DNA from: Eledone cirrhosa
Lineage: Eukaryota
Length of the DNA: 64,000 nucleotides
Direction: 5' to 3'
Assembly: GCA_964016885.1 (NCBI GenBank)
Contig: OZ024743.1
Span: forward strand, 332,630,001-332,694,000
The notes under the pieces are model-generated. The model was given only the letters and a program-made list of their open reading frames with translations. It made no database searches and was not told the DNA's origin. Shown piece by piece: positions 36,101 to 51,689 of this stretch; the first letter of the stretch is position 1; every line of letters begins with the position of its first letter. A program made the translations under genes and the position numbers.

Positions 36101-39100
36101 CAAGACAGACACTACACCCGAGTCTGAGCAAGACAGACACTATACTCCAGTCTGAGCAAGACAGACACTACACTCCAGTCTGAGCAAGATAGACACTACA
36201 CTCCAGTCTGAGTAAGACAGACACTATACCCCTGTCTGTGCAAGACAGACACTACACTCCAGTCTGAGCAAGACAGACACTACACCCAAGTCTGAGCAAG
36301 ACAGACAGACACTACACCCCAGTCTGAGCAAGACAGACACTACACTCCAGTCTGAGCAAGACAGACACTACACCCCAGTCTGAGCAAGACAGACACTACA
36401 CTCCAGTCTGAGCAAGACAGACACTACACCCCAGTCTGAGCAAGATTGACACTACACTACAGTCTGAGCAAGACATACACTACACTCCAGTCTGAGCAAG
36501 ACAGACACTACACTCCAGTCTGAAGTGAGGGACAGACACTACACTCCAGTCTGAGCAAGACAGACACTAGACCCCAGTCTGAGCATGACAGACACTACAC
36601 TCCAGTCTGAGCAAGACATACACTACACTCCAGTATGAGCAAGACAGACACTGCACTCCAGTCTGAGCAAGACAGACACTACACCCAAGTCTGAGCAAGA
36701 CAGACACTACACTCCAGTCTGAGCAAGACATACACTACACTCCAGTATGAGCAAACAGACACTGCACTCCAGTATGAGCCAGACAGACACTACACCCCAG
36801 TCTGAAGTGAGGGACAGACACTACACTCCAGTCTGAGCAAGACAGACACTAGACCCCAGTCTGAGCAAGACATACACTACACCCCAGTCTGAGCAAGACA
36901 GACACTACACTCCAGTCTGAGCAAGACAGACACTACACCCCAGTCTGAGCAAGACAGACACTACACCCCAGTCTGAGCAAGATTGACACTACACTACAGT
37001 CTGAGCAAGACATACACTACACTCCAGTCTGAGCAAGACAGACACTACACTCCAGTCTGAAGTGAGGGACAGACACTACACTCCAGTCTGAGCAAGACAG
37101 ACACTAGACCCCAGTCTGAGCATGACAGACACTACACTCCAGTCTGAGCAAGATAGACACTACACTCCAGTCTGAGCAAGACAGACACTACACCCCAGTC
37201 TGAGCAAGACACACACTACACTCCAGTATGAGCAAGACAGACACTGCACTCCAGTCTGAGCAAGACAGACACTACACCCAAGTCTGAGCAAGACAGACAC
37301 TACACTCCAGTCTGAGCAAGACAGACACTACACTCCAGTATGAGCAAACAGACACTGCACTTCAGTATGAGCCAGACAGACACTACACCCCAGTCTGAAG
37401 TGAGGGACAGACACTACACTCCAGTCTGAGCAAGACAGACACTAGACCCCAGTCTGAGCAAGACATACACTACACCCCAGTCTGAGCAAGACAGACACTA
37501 CACTCCAGTCTGAACAAGACAGACACTACACTCCAGTCTGAGCAAGACAGACACTACACCCCAGTCTGAGTGGAGGGACAGACACTCAACTCCAGTCTGA
37601 GCAAGACAGACACTACACCCGAGTCTGAGCAAGACAGACACTATACTCCAGTCTGAGCAAGACAGACACTACACCCCAGTCTGAGAGGAGGGACAGACAC
37701 TACACTCCAGTCTGAGTAAGACAGACACTATACCCCTGTCTGTGCAAGACAGACACTACACTCCAGTCTGAGCAAGACAGACACTACACCCAAGTCTGAG
37801 CAAGACAGACAGACACTACACCCCAGTCTGAGCAAGACAGACACTACACTCCAGTCTGAGCAAGACAGACACTACACCCCAGTCTGAGCAAGACAGACAC
37901 TACACTCCAGTCTGAGCAAGACAGACACTACACCCAAGTCTGAGCAAGACAGACACTACACTCCAGTCTGAGCAAGACAGACACTACACCCCAGTCTGAG
38001 CAAGATTGACACTACACTACAGTCTGAGCAAGACATACACTACACTCCAGTCTGAGCAAGACAGACACTACAGTCCAGTCTGAAGTGAGGGACAGACACT
38101 ACACTCCAGTCTGAGCAAGACAGACACTAGACCCCAGTCTGAGCATGACAGACACTACACTCCAGTCTGAGCAAGATAGACACTACACTCCAGTCTGAGC
38201 AAGACAGACACTACACCCCAGTCTGAGCAAGACAGACACTACACTCCAGTCTGAGCAAGACATACACTACACTCCAGTATGAGCAAGACAGACACTGCAC
38301 TCCAGTCTGAGCAAGACAGACACTACACCCAAGTCTGAGCAAGACAGACACTACACTCCAGTCTGAGCAAGACATACACTACACTCCAGTATGAGCAAGA
38401 CAGACACTGCACTCCAGTCTGAGCAAGACATACACTACACCCCAGTCTGAGCAAGACAGACACTACACTCCAGTCTGAGCAAGAGAGACACTACACCCAA
38501 GTCTGAGCAAGACAGACACTACACTCCAGTCTGAGCAAGACAGACACTACACCCCAGTCTGAGCAAGACAGACACTACACCCCAGTCTGAGCAAGATTGA
38601 CACTACACTACAGTCTGAGCAAGACATACACTACACTCCAGTCTGAGCAAGACAGACACTACACTCCAGTCTGAAGTGAGAGACAGACACTACACTCCAG
38701 TCTGAGCAAGACAGACACTAGACCCCAGTCTGAGCATGACAGACACTACACTCCAGTCTGAGCAAGATAGACACTACACTCCAGTCTGAGCAAGACAGAC
38801 ACTACACCCCAGTCTGAGCAAGAAATACACTACACTCCAGTATGAGCAAGACAGACACTGCACTCCAGTCTGAGCAAGACAGACACTACACCCAAGTCTG
38901 AGCAAGACAGACACTACAGTCCAGTCTGAGCAAGACAGACACTACACTCCAGTATGAGCAAACAGACACTGCACTCCAGTATGAGCCAGACAGACACTAC
39001 ACCCCAGTCTGAAGTGAGGGACAGACACTACACTCCAGTCTGAGCAAGACAGACACTACACCCCAGTCTGAGCAAGACAGACACTACACTCCAGTCTGAG

Positions 39101-39638
39101 CAAGACAGACACTACACCCCAGTCTGAGCAAGACAGACACTACACCCAAGTCTGAGCAAGACAGACACTACACTCCAGTCTGAGCAAGACAGACACTACA
39201 CCCCAGTCTGAGCAAGACAGACACTACACCCCAGTCTGAGCAAGATTGACACTACACTACAGTCTGAGCAAGACATACACTACACTCCAGTCTGAGCAAG
39301 ACAGACACTAGACCCCAGTCTGAGCATGACAGACACTACACTCCAGTCAGAGCAAGATAGACACTACACTCCAGTCTGAGCAAGACAGACACTACACCCC
39401 AGTCTGAGCAAGACAGACACTACACTCCAGTCTGAGCAAGACAGACACTACACCCAAGTCTGAGCAAGACAGACACTACACCCCAGTCTGAGCAAGACAT
39501 ACACTACACTCCAGTCTGAGCAAGACAGACACTAGACCCCAGTCTGAGCAAGACATACACTACACCCCAGTCTGAGCAAGACAGACACTACACTCCAGTC
39601 TGAGCAAGACAGACACTACACTCCAGTCTGAGCAGACA
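30145..39638. repeat. 28-bp satellite (GACAGACACTACACTCCAGTCTGAGCAA)n, ~9.5 kb
   Basis: Period 28 (tccag at 30301 and 30329). 31-bp and 32-bp variants recur in higher-order patterns. Confidence 0.98.
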
Positions 39639-39823
39639 AAATGGCATAAGTGTTACCATGGAGAATGACCAGAGTTACTTGCTGCAACAGCCACCCCACT
39701 TTAACCCATGGTAGCATGGAAAAATGGACATTAAACATATGATGATGATAATGATGATGTACAAACTAAAATATTGAAATTCTTTATTTGTATATGTTCC
39801 AACAATTTCTCTTTATCTTCCAG

Positions 39824-39862
39824 AATAACACAAAAAAGATTATCAAGGTTACTACTCTTGAG
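39824..39862 (+). CDS. Candidate 39-bp micro-exon (NNTKKIIKVTTLE)
   Basis: Acceptor tttctctttatcttccag and donor GAG|gtaagt. Length is a multiple of 3 and the frame is open. No partner exons identified. Confidence 0.33.
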
Positions 39863-40012
39863 GTAAGTTTTCTACATGTATATTTTCTGAATTCTGAAAG
39901 AATCTTCACACTTTCTACCTGATCAACTTTGCTGTGATTATTGCTTCCCAGTTATATTAATAAAATAAGTAATGTTCCAAATAGACACCTCCATCCTCTG
40001 GCCCTCAAACAT

Positions 40013-40112
<100 letters not shown>

Positions 40113-40156
40113 GTTAATCATTTCCCTGTTTACTCATCTCTTCTGCTCCCATCACC

Positions 40157-40420
40157 CGTGTTGAGTAATCTGCAACAGAGAGTCTACAATGGCTATGGGC
40201 ATGACCCTTTCTCAAACTCACTGGTCTCAGAGAGTCTACAAAGACTATAGGAATGACTCTTTCTCAAACTCACTGGTCTCAGAGAGTACAAAGGCTATGG
40301 GCATGACGCTTTCTCAATCTCACTGATCTCAGAGAGTCTACAAAGGCTATAGGCATGACCCTTTCTCAATCTCACTGGTCTCAGAGAGTCTATAAATGTC
40401 ATGGGCATGACCCTTTTCTC
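40157..40420. repeat. ~52-bp minisatellite, 5 copies
   Basis: Unit agagagtctacaaaggctatgggcatgaccctttctcaaactcactggtctc. Confidence 0.9.
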
Positions 40421-40544
40421 TATACATGACAAGTTAATAAAAATCATAATATTTTGATAACAATCATAAATCAATGATAGGTTTCTTAATTCTGTCAGAT
40501 CAGTATAATGGGAATAAGTGATCTGCTAATATTTATTATACCTC

Positions 40545-40890
40545 TTATATCTGTTTTAGTTGTTAAATCTGTTATATCTTTTAGTTCTATTATTAGTTGT
40601 TATATATGTTATATTTATTTTTAGTTCTGTTATTAGTTATATCTGATCCATCTGTTATTAGTTTTTATATCTGTTATTAGTTATTCTATCTGTTATTAGT
40701 TGTTATATCTGTCACTAGTTGTTATATCTGATATTAGTTGTTGTATCTGTTATTTGTTGTTGTACCAGTTATATCTGTTATATCTGTTATTAGTTGTTCT
40801 ATCTGTTATATCTGTTATACATTGTTATATCTGTTACCAGTTGTTATATATCTTATACCTGTTATTAGTTGTTCTATCTGTTATTAGTGT
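40545..40890. repeat. ~17-bp degenerate minisatellite (tatctgttattagttgt)
   Basis: Direct inspection. Confidence 0.85.
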
Positions 40891-41034
40891 TTGTGTTTCC
40901 TCCGACAGTTCTAGTATACCACGTCATGGATCCTTAGCTCCTTGTGGAGTCATAGGGGGAGTGCAGTAATACATTGCATATGACTATGTGAACCAAGCAG
41001 AGCCCATCACTTTCCAGTTTGGAACATAACAGAA

Positions 41035-41330
<296 letters not shown>

Positions 41331-41459
41331 ATTGAACCCAGTATTGAGCTGGTATTATGAAAGGCAAAGTTGACCTAAGATTTGAACTCAGAGAACAGAG
41401 AACCAGAATGAATGTCCAATGCATTCAAACAACTCTGCCCTCCTCACTCCCTCAGTTCT

Positions 41460-41652
41460 ACTAAAGACCCCCTTCGGTCATCAGTGACCATTCAATGCAC
41501 CTAGAATGTTTCCCTCCAAGGTACAAGTCCAGGCAAGGTTGTTTGTGGAAGATCACCAGTTGCTCATGCTTCCCAGTCTCCTCTCTCCACGTCACCAATG
41601 TTTTCCAAGTAAAAGGCATTAGCTGATACAGCTTGGCACCAGTGACATCACA
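41460..41652 (-). mobile_element. RTE-related SINE/LINE-derived segment
   Basis: Minus strand tggtgccaagctgtatc...cttggaaaacattggtgacgtggagagagg...cttccacaaacaaccttgcc resembles RTE-derived SINE tails (recognised from memory, not searched). Confidence 0.4.
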
Positions 41653-41655
41653 ACA

Positions 41656-44600
41656 TACTCTATATATACACTCTATACTCTATATATACACTCTATACTC
41701 TATATATACACTCTATACTCTATATACACACTCTATACTCTATATACACACTTTATACTCTATATACACACTCTATACTCTATATATACACTCTATACTC
41801 TATATATATACACTCTATACTCTCTATATACACTCTATACTCTATATATACACTCTATACTCTATATATACACTCTATACTCTATATACACACTCTATAC
41901 TCTATATATACACACTATACACTATATATACACTCTATACTCTATATATACATTCTATACTCTATATACACACTCTATACTCTATATACACACTCTATAC
42001 TCTATATATACACTCTATACTCTATATACACACTCTATATTCTATATATACACTCTATACTCTATATACACACTCTATACTCTATATACACACTCTATAC
42101 TCTATATATACACTCTATACTCAATATATACACTATATACTCAATATATACACTATATACTCTATATATACACTCTATACTCTATATATACACTATATAC
42201 TCTATATATACACTCTATACTCTATATATACACTCTATATTCTATATACACACTGTATACTCAATATACACGCTATATACTCTATATATACACTCTATAC
42301 TCAATATATACACTCTATATATACACTCTATTCCCAATATATACATTATATACTCAATATATACACTATATACTCTATATATACACAATATACTCAATAT
42401 ATACACTCTATTCTCAATATATACACTATATACTCTATATATACACTCTATACTCAATATATACACTATATACTCAATATATACACTATATACTCTATAT
42501 ATACAATATATACTCAATATATTCACTGTATACACTATATATACACTCTATACTCTATATATACACTATATACTCAATATATACACTCTATACTCAATAT
42601 ATACATTCTATACTCTATATATACACTCTATACTCTATATACACACTCTATACTTAATATACACTCTATACTCTTATACACTCTATACTCTATACTCTAT
42701 ATACAGACTGTATACTCTATATATACACTCTATACTCAATATATACACTCTATACTCAATATATACACTCTATACTCTAAATATACACTCTATTCCCAAT
42801 ATATACACTATATACTCAATATATACATTATATACTCTATATATACACTCTATTCCCAATATATAAACTATATACTCAATATATACACTATATACTCTAT
42901 ATATACACAATATACTCAATATATACACTCTATTCTCAATATATACACTATATACTCTATATATACACTATATACTCTATATATACACTCTATACTCAAT
43001 ATATACACTCTATTCTCAATATATACACTGTATACTCTATATATACACTCTATACTCAATATATACACTCTATACTCAATATATACACTCTATACTCTAT
43101 ATATACACTATATACTCAATATATACACTCTATACTCAATATATACACTCTATTCTCAATATATACACTGTATACTCTATATATACACTATATACTCTAT
43201 ATATACACTCTATACTCTATATATACACTATATACTCAATATATATACTCTATTTTCAATATATACACTATATACTTAATATATACACTATATACTCAAT
43301 ATATACACTCTATTCTCAATATATACACTATATACTCTATATATACACTCTATACTCTATATATACACTCTATGCTCAATATATACATTCTATACTCTAT
43401 ATATACACTCTATACTCAATATATACACTCTATACCCAATAAATACACTCTATTCTCTATATACACACTCTATACTCTATATATACACTCTATACTCTAT
43501 ATATATACACTCTATACTCTCTATATACACTCTATACTCTATATATACACTCTATACTCTATATATACACTCTATACTCTATATACACACTCTATACTCT
43601 ATATATACACACTATACACTATATATACACTCTATACTCTATATATACATTCTATACTCTATATACACACTCTATACTCTATATACACACTCTATACTCT
43701 ATATATACACTCTATACTCTATATACACACTCTATATTCTATATATACACTCTATACTCTATATACACACTCTATACTCTATATACACACTCTATACTCT
43801 ATATATACACTCTATACTCAATATATACACTATATACTCAATATATACACTATATACTCTATATATACACTCTATACTCTATATATACACTATATACTCT
43901 ATATATACACTCTATACTCTATATATACACTCTATATTCTATATACACACTGTATACTCAATATACACGCTATATACTCTATATATACACTCTATACTCA
44001 ATATATACACTCTATATATACACTCTATTCCCAATATATACATTATATACTCAATATATACACTATATACTCTATATATACACAATATACTCAATATATA
44101 CACTCTATTCTCAATATATACACTATATACTCTATATATACACTCTATACTCAATATATACACTATATACTCAATATATACACTATATACTCTATATATA
44201 CAATATATACTCAATATATTCACTGTATACACTATATATACACTCTATACTCTATATATACACTATATACTCAATATATACACTCTATACTCAATATATA
44301 CATTCTATACTCTATATATACACTCTATACTCTATATACACACTCTATACTTAATATACACTCTATACTCTTATACACTCTATACTCTATACTCTATATA
44401 CAGACTGTATACTCTATATATACACTCTATACTCAATATATACACTCTATACTCAATATATACACTCTATACTCTAAATATACACTCTATTCCCAATATA
44501 TACACTATATACTCAATATATACATTATATACTCTATATATACACTTTATTCCCAATATATAAACTATATACTCAATATATACACTATATACTCTATATA

Positions 44601-47600
44601 TACACAATATACTCAATATATACACTCTATTCTCAATATATACACTATATACTCTATATATACACTATATACTCTATATATACACTCTATACTCAATATA
44701 TACACTCTATTCTCAATATATACACTGTATACTCTATATATACACTCTATACTCAATATATACACTCTATACTCAATATATACACTCTATACTCTATATA
44801 TACACTATATACTCAATATATACACTCTATACTCAATATATACACTCTATTCTCAATATATACACTGTATACTCTATATATACACTATATACTCTATATA
44901 TACACTCTATACTCTATATATACACTATATACTCAATATATATACTCTATTTTCAATATATACACTATATACTTAATATATACACTATATACTCAATATA
45001 TACACTCTATTCTCAATATATACACTATATACTCTATATATACACTCTATACTCTATATATACACTCTATGCTCAATATATACATTCTATACTCTATATA
45101 TACACTCTATACTCAATATATACACTCTATACCCAATAAATACACTCTATTCTCAATATATACACTCTATACTCTATATATACACTCTATACTCAATATA
45201 TACACTATATACTCTATATATACACTCTATTCTCAATATATACACTATATACTCAATATATACACTATATACCCAATATATACACTCTATTCTCAATATA
45301 TACACTGTATACTCAATATATACACAATATACTCTATATATACACTCTATACTTTATATATACACTCTATACTCAATATATACACAATATACTCTATATA
45401 TACACTCTATACTCTATATATACACTCTATTCTCAATATATACACTCTATACCCAATATATACACTCTATTCTCAATATATACACTAGATACACAATATA
45501 TACACTATATACTCAATATATACACTCTATTCTCAATATATACACTATATACTCAATATATACACTATATACTCTATATATACACTCTATACTCTATATA
45601 TACACTCTATACTCAATATATACACTCTATACTCTATATATACACTCTATACTCAATATATACACTGTATACTCTATATATACACTCTATACTCAATATA
45701 TACACTATATACTCTATATATACACTATATACTCTATATATACACTCTATTCTCAATATATACACTCTATACTCTATATATACACTCTATTCTCAATATA
45801 TACACTCTATACCCAATATATACACTCTATTCTCAATATATACACTCTAAACTCTATATATACACTCTATACACTATATATACACTATATACTCATTATA
45901 TACACTATATACTCTATGTATACTCTATATACTCAATATATACACTATATACTCAATATATACACTATATACTCAATATATACACTGTATACTCTATATA
46001 TACACTAAATACTCTATATATACACTATATACTCAATATATACACTATATACTGTGAATATACACTATATACTCAATATATACACTCTATTCGAAATATA
46101 TATCCCCGGCATGTCTTTGTATTGTCCCCTTTCTTGTTGCGCCCTTGTGGCTAATAAAGAAATCAATATATACACTATATACTCTATATATACACTCTAT
46201 ACTCTATATACTCTATATATACACTATATACTCTATATATACACTATATAGTATATATATACACTATATACTCTATATATAAACTATATACTCTATATAT
46301 ACACTCTATACTCAATATATATACTCTATACTCAATATACACACTATATACTCAATATATACACGATATACTCAATATATACACTATATACTCTATATAT
46401 ACACTATATACACTATATATTCACTATATACTCTATATATACACTATATACTCTATATATACACTATATACTCTATATATACACTATATACTCAATATAT
46501 ACACAATATACTCAATATATACACTCTATACTCTATATATACACTATATACTCTATATATACACTCTATTCTCAATATTTACACTCTATTCGCAATATAT
46601 ACACTATATACTCTATATATACACTCTATACTCAATATATACAGTCTATTCTCAATATATACACTCTATTCTCAATATATACACTATATACTCTATATAT
46701 ACACTCTATACTCAATATATACACTCTATACTCTATATATACACTATATACTCTATATATATACACTCTATACTCAATATATACACTCTAATCTCAATAT
46801 ATACAATCTATACTCAATATATACACTCTATACTCAATATATACACACTATACTCAATATATACACTCTATACTCAATATATACACTGTATACTCTATAT
46901 ATACACTCTATACTCAATATATACACTGTATAGTCTATATATACACTATATACTCAATATATACACTCTATACTCAATATATACACAATATACTCTATGT
47001 ATACACTCTATACTCAATATATACACTATATACTCTATATATACACAATATACTCAATATATACACTATATACTTTATATATACACTCTATACGCTATAT
47101 ATACACTCTATACTCTATATATACACTCTATACACTATATACACACTCTATTCTCTATATACACACTCTATACTCTATATACACACTGTATACTCAATAT
47201 ACACATTATATACTCTATATATACACTCTATACTCAATATATACACTATATACTCTATATATACACTATATACTCAATATATACACTATATACTCTATAT
47301 ATACACTCTATATTCTATATATACACTATAATCTCTATATATACACTCTATACTCTATATATACACTCTATACTCTATATACACACTGTATACTGAATAT
47401 ACACGCTATATACTCTATATATACACTCTATACTCAATATATACACTCTATACTCTATATACACACTCTATACTCAATATACACTTTATACTCTATATAC
47501 ACTCTATACTCTATACACTATATACACACGGTTTACTTATATATACACTCTATACTCAATATATACACGGTATTCTCAATATATACACTGTATACTCTAT

Positions 47601-49697
47601 ATATACACTCTATACACTATATACACACTCTATACTCTATATATACACTCTAAACTCTATATACATACTCTATACTTTATATACACACTCTATACTCTAT
47701 ATATACACTCTATACTCTATATACACACTCCATACTCTATATAAACACTCTATACTCTATATACACACTCTACACTCTATATATACACTTTATACTCTAT
47801 ATACACACTGTATACTCAATATACACACTATATACTCTATATATACACTCTATTCTCAATATATACACTATATACACTATATATACACTATATACTCAAT
47901 ATACACTCTATACTCTATATACACACTCCATACTCTATATAAACACTCTATACTCTATATACACACTCTACACTCTATATATACACTTTATACTCTATAT
48001 ACACACTGTATACACTATATATACACTCTATACTCAATATATACACTCTATTTTCAATATATACACTCTATACACTATATACACTCTATACTCAATATAT
48101 GCACTCTATACTCTACATATACACTCTATTCCCAATATATACACTATATATTCAATATATACACTATATACTCTATATATACACAATATTCTCAATATAA
48201 ACACTCTATTCTCAATATATACACTATATACTCTATATATACGTTCTATACTCAATATATACACTCTATTCTCAATATATACACTCTATACTCGATATAT
48301 ACATTCTATACTCAATATATACACTCTATACTCAATATATACACTATATACACTATATATACACTATATACTCAATATATTCACTGTATACTCTATATAT
48401 ACACTCTATACTCTATATATACACTATATACTCAATATATACACTCTACACTCAATATATTCACTCTATTCTCAATATATACACTGTATACTCTATATAT
48501 ACACTCTATACTCTATATATACACTCTATACTCTATATATACACTCTATACTCAATATATACACTCTATACCCAATATATACACTCTATTCTCAATATAT
48601 ACACTCTATACTCTATATATACACTCTATACTCAATATATACACTCTATACTCTCTATCTAACACTATATAATCTATATATACTCTATATACTCTATATA
48701 TACATTATATACTCTATGTATACACTCTATACTCTATATATACACTCTATTCTCAATATATACACTCTATACACTATATATACACTCTAAACTCTATATA
48801 TACACTATATAGTCTATATATAAAATATATACTCTATATATACACTATATACTCAATATATACACTCTATACTCTATATATACACTATATACTCTATATA
48901 TACACTCTATTCTCAATATGTACACTCTATTCTCAATATATACACTATATACTCTATATATACACTCTATACTCAATATATACACTCTATTCTCAATATA
49001 TACACTCTATACTCTATATATACACTCTATACTCAATATATACACTACATACTCTATATATACACTCTATACTCTATATATACACTCTATTTTCAATATA
49101 TACACTCTATACCCAATATATACACTCTATTCTTAATATATACACTATATACCCAATATATACACTATATACCCAATATATACACTCTATTCTAAATGTA
49201 TACACTATATACTCAATATATACACTATATACTCTATATATACACTATATACTCTATATATACACTATATACTCTATATATACACTCTATACTCTATATA
49301 TACACTCTATTCTCAATATATACACTCTATACTCTATATATACACTCTAAACTCTATATATACAATCTATACTCTATATATACACTAAATACTCAAATAT
49401 ACACTATATACTCTATGTATACTCTATATAATCAATATATACCCTATATACTCAATATATACATTAATATATAAACAATATACTCTATATATACACTATA
49501 TACTCAATATATACACTATATACTCTATATATACACTCTATACTTTATATTTACACTATATACTCAATATATACACTCTATACTCAATATACACACTATA
49601 TACTCAATATATACACTATATACTCAATATATACACTATATACTCTATATATACACTCTATACTCAATATATTCACTCTATTCTCAATATATACAGT
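41656..49697. repeat. 20-bp AT-rich satellite (TACACTCTATACTC[T/A]ATATA)n, ~8 kb, running into an assembly gap
   Basis: Period 20. Internal 1697-bp duplication (identical ORFs at 42242 and 43939). Followed by 200 N at 49699-49898. Confidence 0.98.
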
Positions 49698-50224
49698 CNN
49701 NNNNNNNNNNNNNNNNNNNNNNNNNNNNNNNNNNNNNNNNNNNNNNNNNNNNNNNNNNNNNNNNNNNNNNNNNNNNNNNNNNNNNNNNNNNNNNNNNNNN
49801 NNNNNNNNNNNNNNNNNNNNNNNNNNNNNNNNNNNNNNNNNNNNNNNNNNNNNNNNNNNNNNNNNNNNNNNNNNNNNNNNNNNNNNNNNNNNNNNNNNTC
49901 TTGTCACAATAATATAGTTTAAAATAAGCTTGATAACAATTACTTACATTCAACAAATTACTCTCAGGTCTCAAATAATCATCCCCCAATCCCCTGCTTA
50001 TCATTTTTCAGATTTTTTTTCAACCCCACCCTCTTGGCTTATTAAATTTTGCTAATCTATCTCAGTGAAATTTAAGTGGTAGCATTCCTGCGACAATTTT
50101 CTTTATACATTAAAAAACATACATCTAAAATAAATAGGATGGTTCGAGATTTCAACATGTAAACTAAACTAGTTCTGGTTATTTTAAAAATCAAGTCAAC
50201 CCAGAAAAAGTACTGATTTTGTGA

Positions 50225-50510
50225 GACAAGTCAGGTCGGATGACTTTCTCATAGAGAACCAATTTTGGCTTGGCTTCTATGGCTGGATATCCTTCCTAAT
50301 GCCAACCACATTTACCGTGCTTTTTGTCGTAACACCATGATCACTTCACTGTGTGGGCTCGGCACTTTTTGTCATGACACCTCCATGACCACTTTACAGT
50401 GTGATCTGGGTGCTTTTTGTCATGACACCTACATGACTACTTCCCAGTGTGGACTGGGCACTTTTTGTCATGCCGCCATCACGACTATTTTACAGTGTGG
50501 CCTGGACTTT
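50225..50510 (-). mobile_element. RTE 3'UTR-derived copy with 4-5 tandem ~47-bp subrepeats
   Basis: ggctggatatccttcctaatgccaacc followed by repeated ctttttgtcatgacacc...tttacagtgtg. Confidence 0.7.
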
Positions 50511-50554
50511 GGTGGGGGAGGTGGGTATAGGGACGTGTGTGAGGGATGGAGTGC

Positions 50555-50785
50555 CATATATCTAAGAATTGGCGGTGGCGGTGTGAGATATATATTATTG
50601 AATTTATATCTAAGAGTTGGTGTTGGTGTGTGAGATATATTACAGTATGTCAGATATCTATTAGTTGGCGTTGGTTTGTGAGATATTCAATATTATAGGA
50701 TACCGTATATCTACGAGGTGGTGGTGGTGTGTGATATGTAAGATATGATACAGTATGTCAGATATCTAAGAGTATGGTGATATAT
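50555..50785. repeat. ~50-bp minisatellite, 4-5 copies
   Basis: Unit atatctaagagttggtgttggtgtgtgagatatattacagtatgtcag. Confidence 0.8.
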
Positions 50786-50939
50786 TACTCTACCCAATAG
50801 AATTTCTGCAATATGGGTTATCTTTCTAGTTAAGTCAGCATGACACAGTAAATTTCATGAAGATGATCTATAGAACTGAGGGGGGGAGTACTGTTTGATT
50901 ACCTTCTAATATAACAATGTCAACAAGCTGTAAAACTAT

Positions 50940-51195
50940 TTTATCACCACATCCTGCCCAAACTAATGAGGTCAAGTAGTTGTCACAAAAAAACACAGTC
51001 CACGCTGTAATGTGGCCATGTAGGTAACACGGTAAAAACCTTCCAGTCCACAATGTAAATGTGGTTGGTGTTAGGAAGGGCATCCAGCCGTAGAAAACCT
51101 GCCAGATAGTCACCTGACCAATCTTGCCTCAAGTGGGACAATTCCCGTCTAACCCATGCTAGCGTGGAAGATAGACGTTAAACGATGATGATGAT
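50940..51195 (+). mobile_element. RTE 3'UTR-only copy (subfamily B)
   Basis: Matches 8575-8850. Confidence 0.8.
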
Positions 51196-51308
51196 ATATA
51201 CTCTTTTACTCTTTTACCTGTTTCAGCCATCCGGCTGAGGCCATGCTGGGGCACCGCCCTTGTATATATATATATATAAAATAAATAATAAATAAATAAA
51301 TATAATAA

Positions 51309-51646
51309 GGAGGCACATGGCTTAGTGGTTAGAGCATTGGCCTTGCAATCGAAAGGTTGTGAGTTCAATTCTCAGACCGGGTGATGTGTTGTTTCCTTGA
51401 GCAAGACACTTTATTTCACATTGCTTCAGTTTACTCAGCTGTAGAAATGAGATGCTAGGGACTGAGGTCCCTATCATTCCACTGCAAAGTGGTTGTGGAG
51501 GTGCCACGGCCAAAAAGCACCCAGTACTCACTGTAAATGAGGTTGGTGTTGGGAAGGGCATCCAGCTGTAGAAATCAAGCCAGTATCAGTTCCTGTCCCA
51601 CCCTTGCAAGCAGGGAAAAAGCGGACGTAAAATGAAATGATGATGA
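51309..51646 (+). mobile_element. Full-length tRNA-derived SINE with CORE-like centre and RTE-derived 3' tail
   Basis: A box tggcttagtgg, B box gagttcaattc, CORE-like ccttgagcaagacacttt. The 3' half matches the RTE 3'UTR at 26279-26435; (GAT)n end. Confidence 0.88.
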
Positions 51647-51689
51647 ACCATACATATGTGTGTGTGTGTATGTTGGTTCCACAAATCTT

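Noticed and set aside
30145-39638. CRISPR array (28-bp repeats)
   Set aside because: Head-to-tail satellite with no spacers.
41633-49474. Long YTLYSI-rich ORFs
   Set aside because: Translations of a stop-poor 20-bp satellite.
49596-50004. ORFs spanning Ns
   Set aside because: Artefacts of the 200-N assembly gap.
51309-51385. tRNA gene
   Set aside because: It has A and B boxes but continues into a CORE-like and RTE-derived body, so it is a SINE head.
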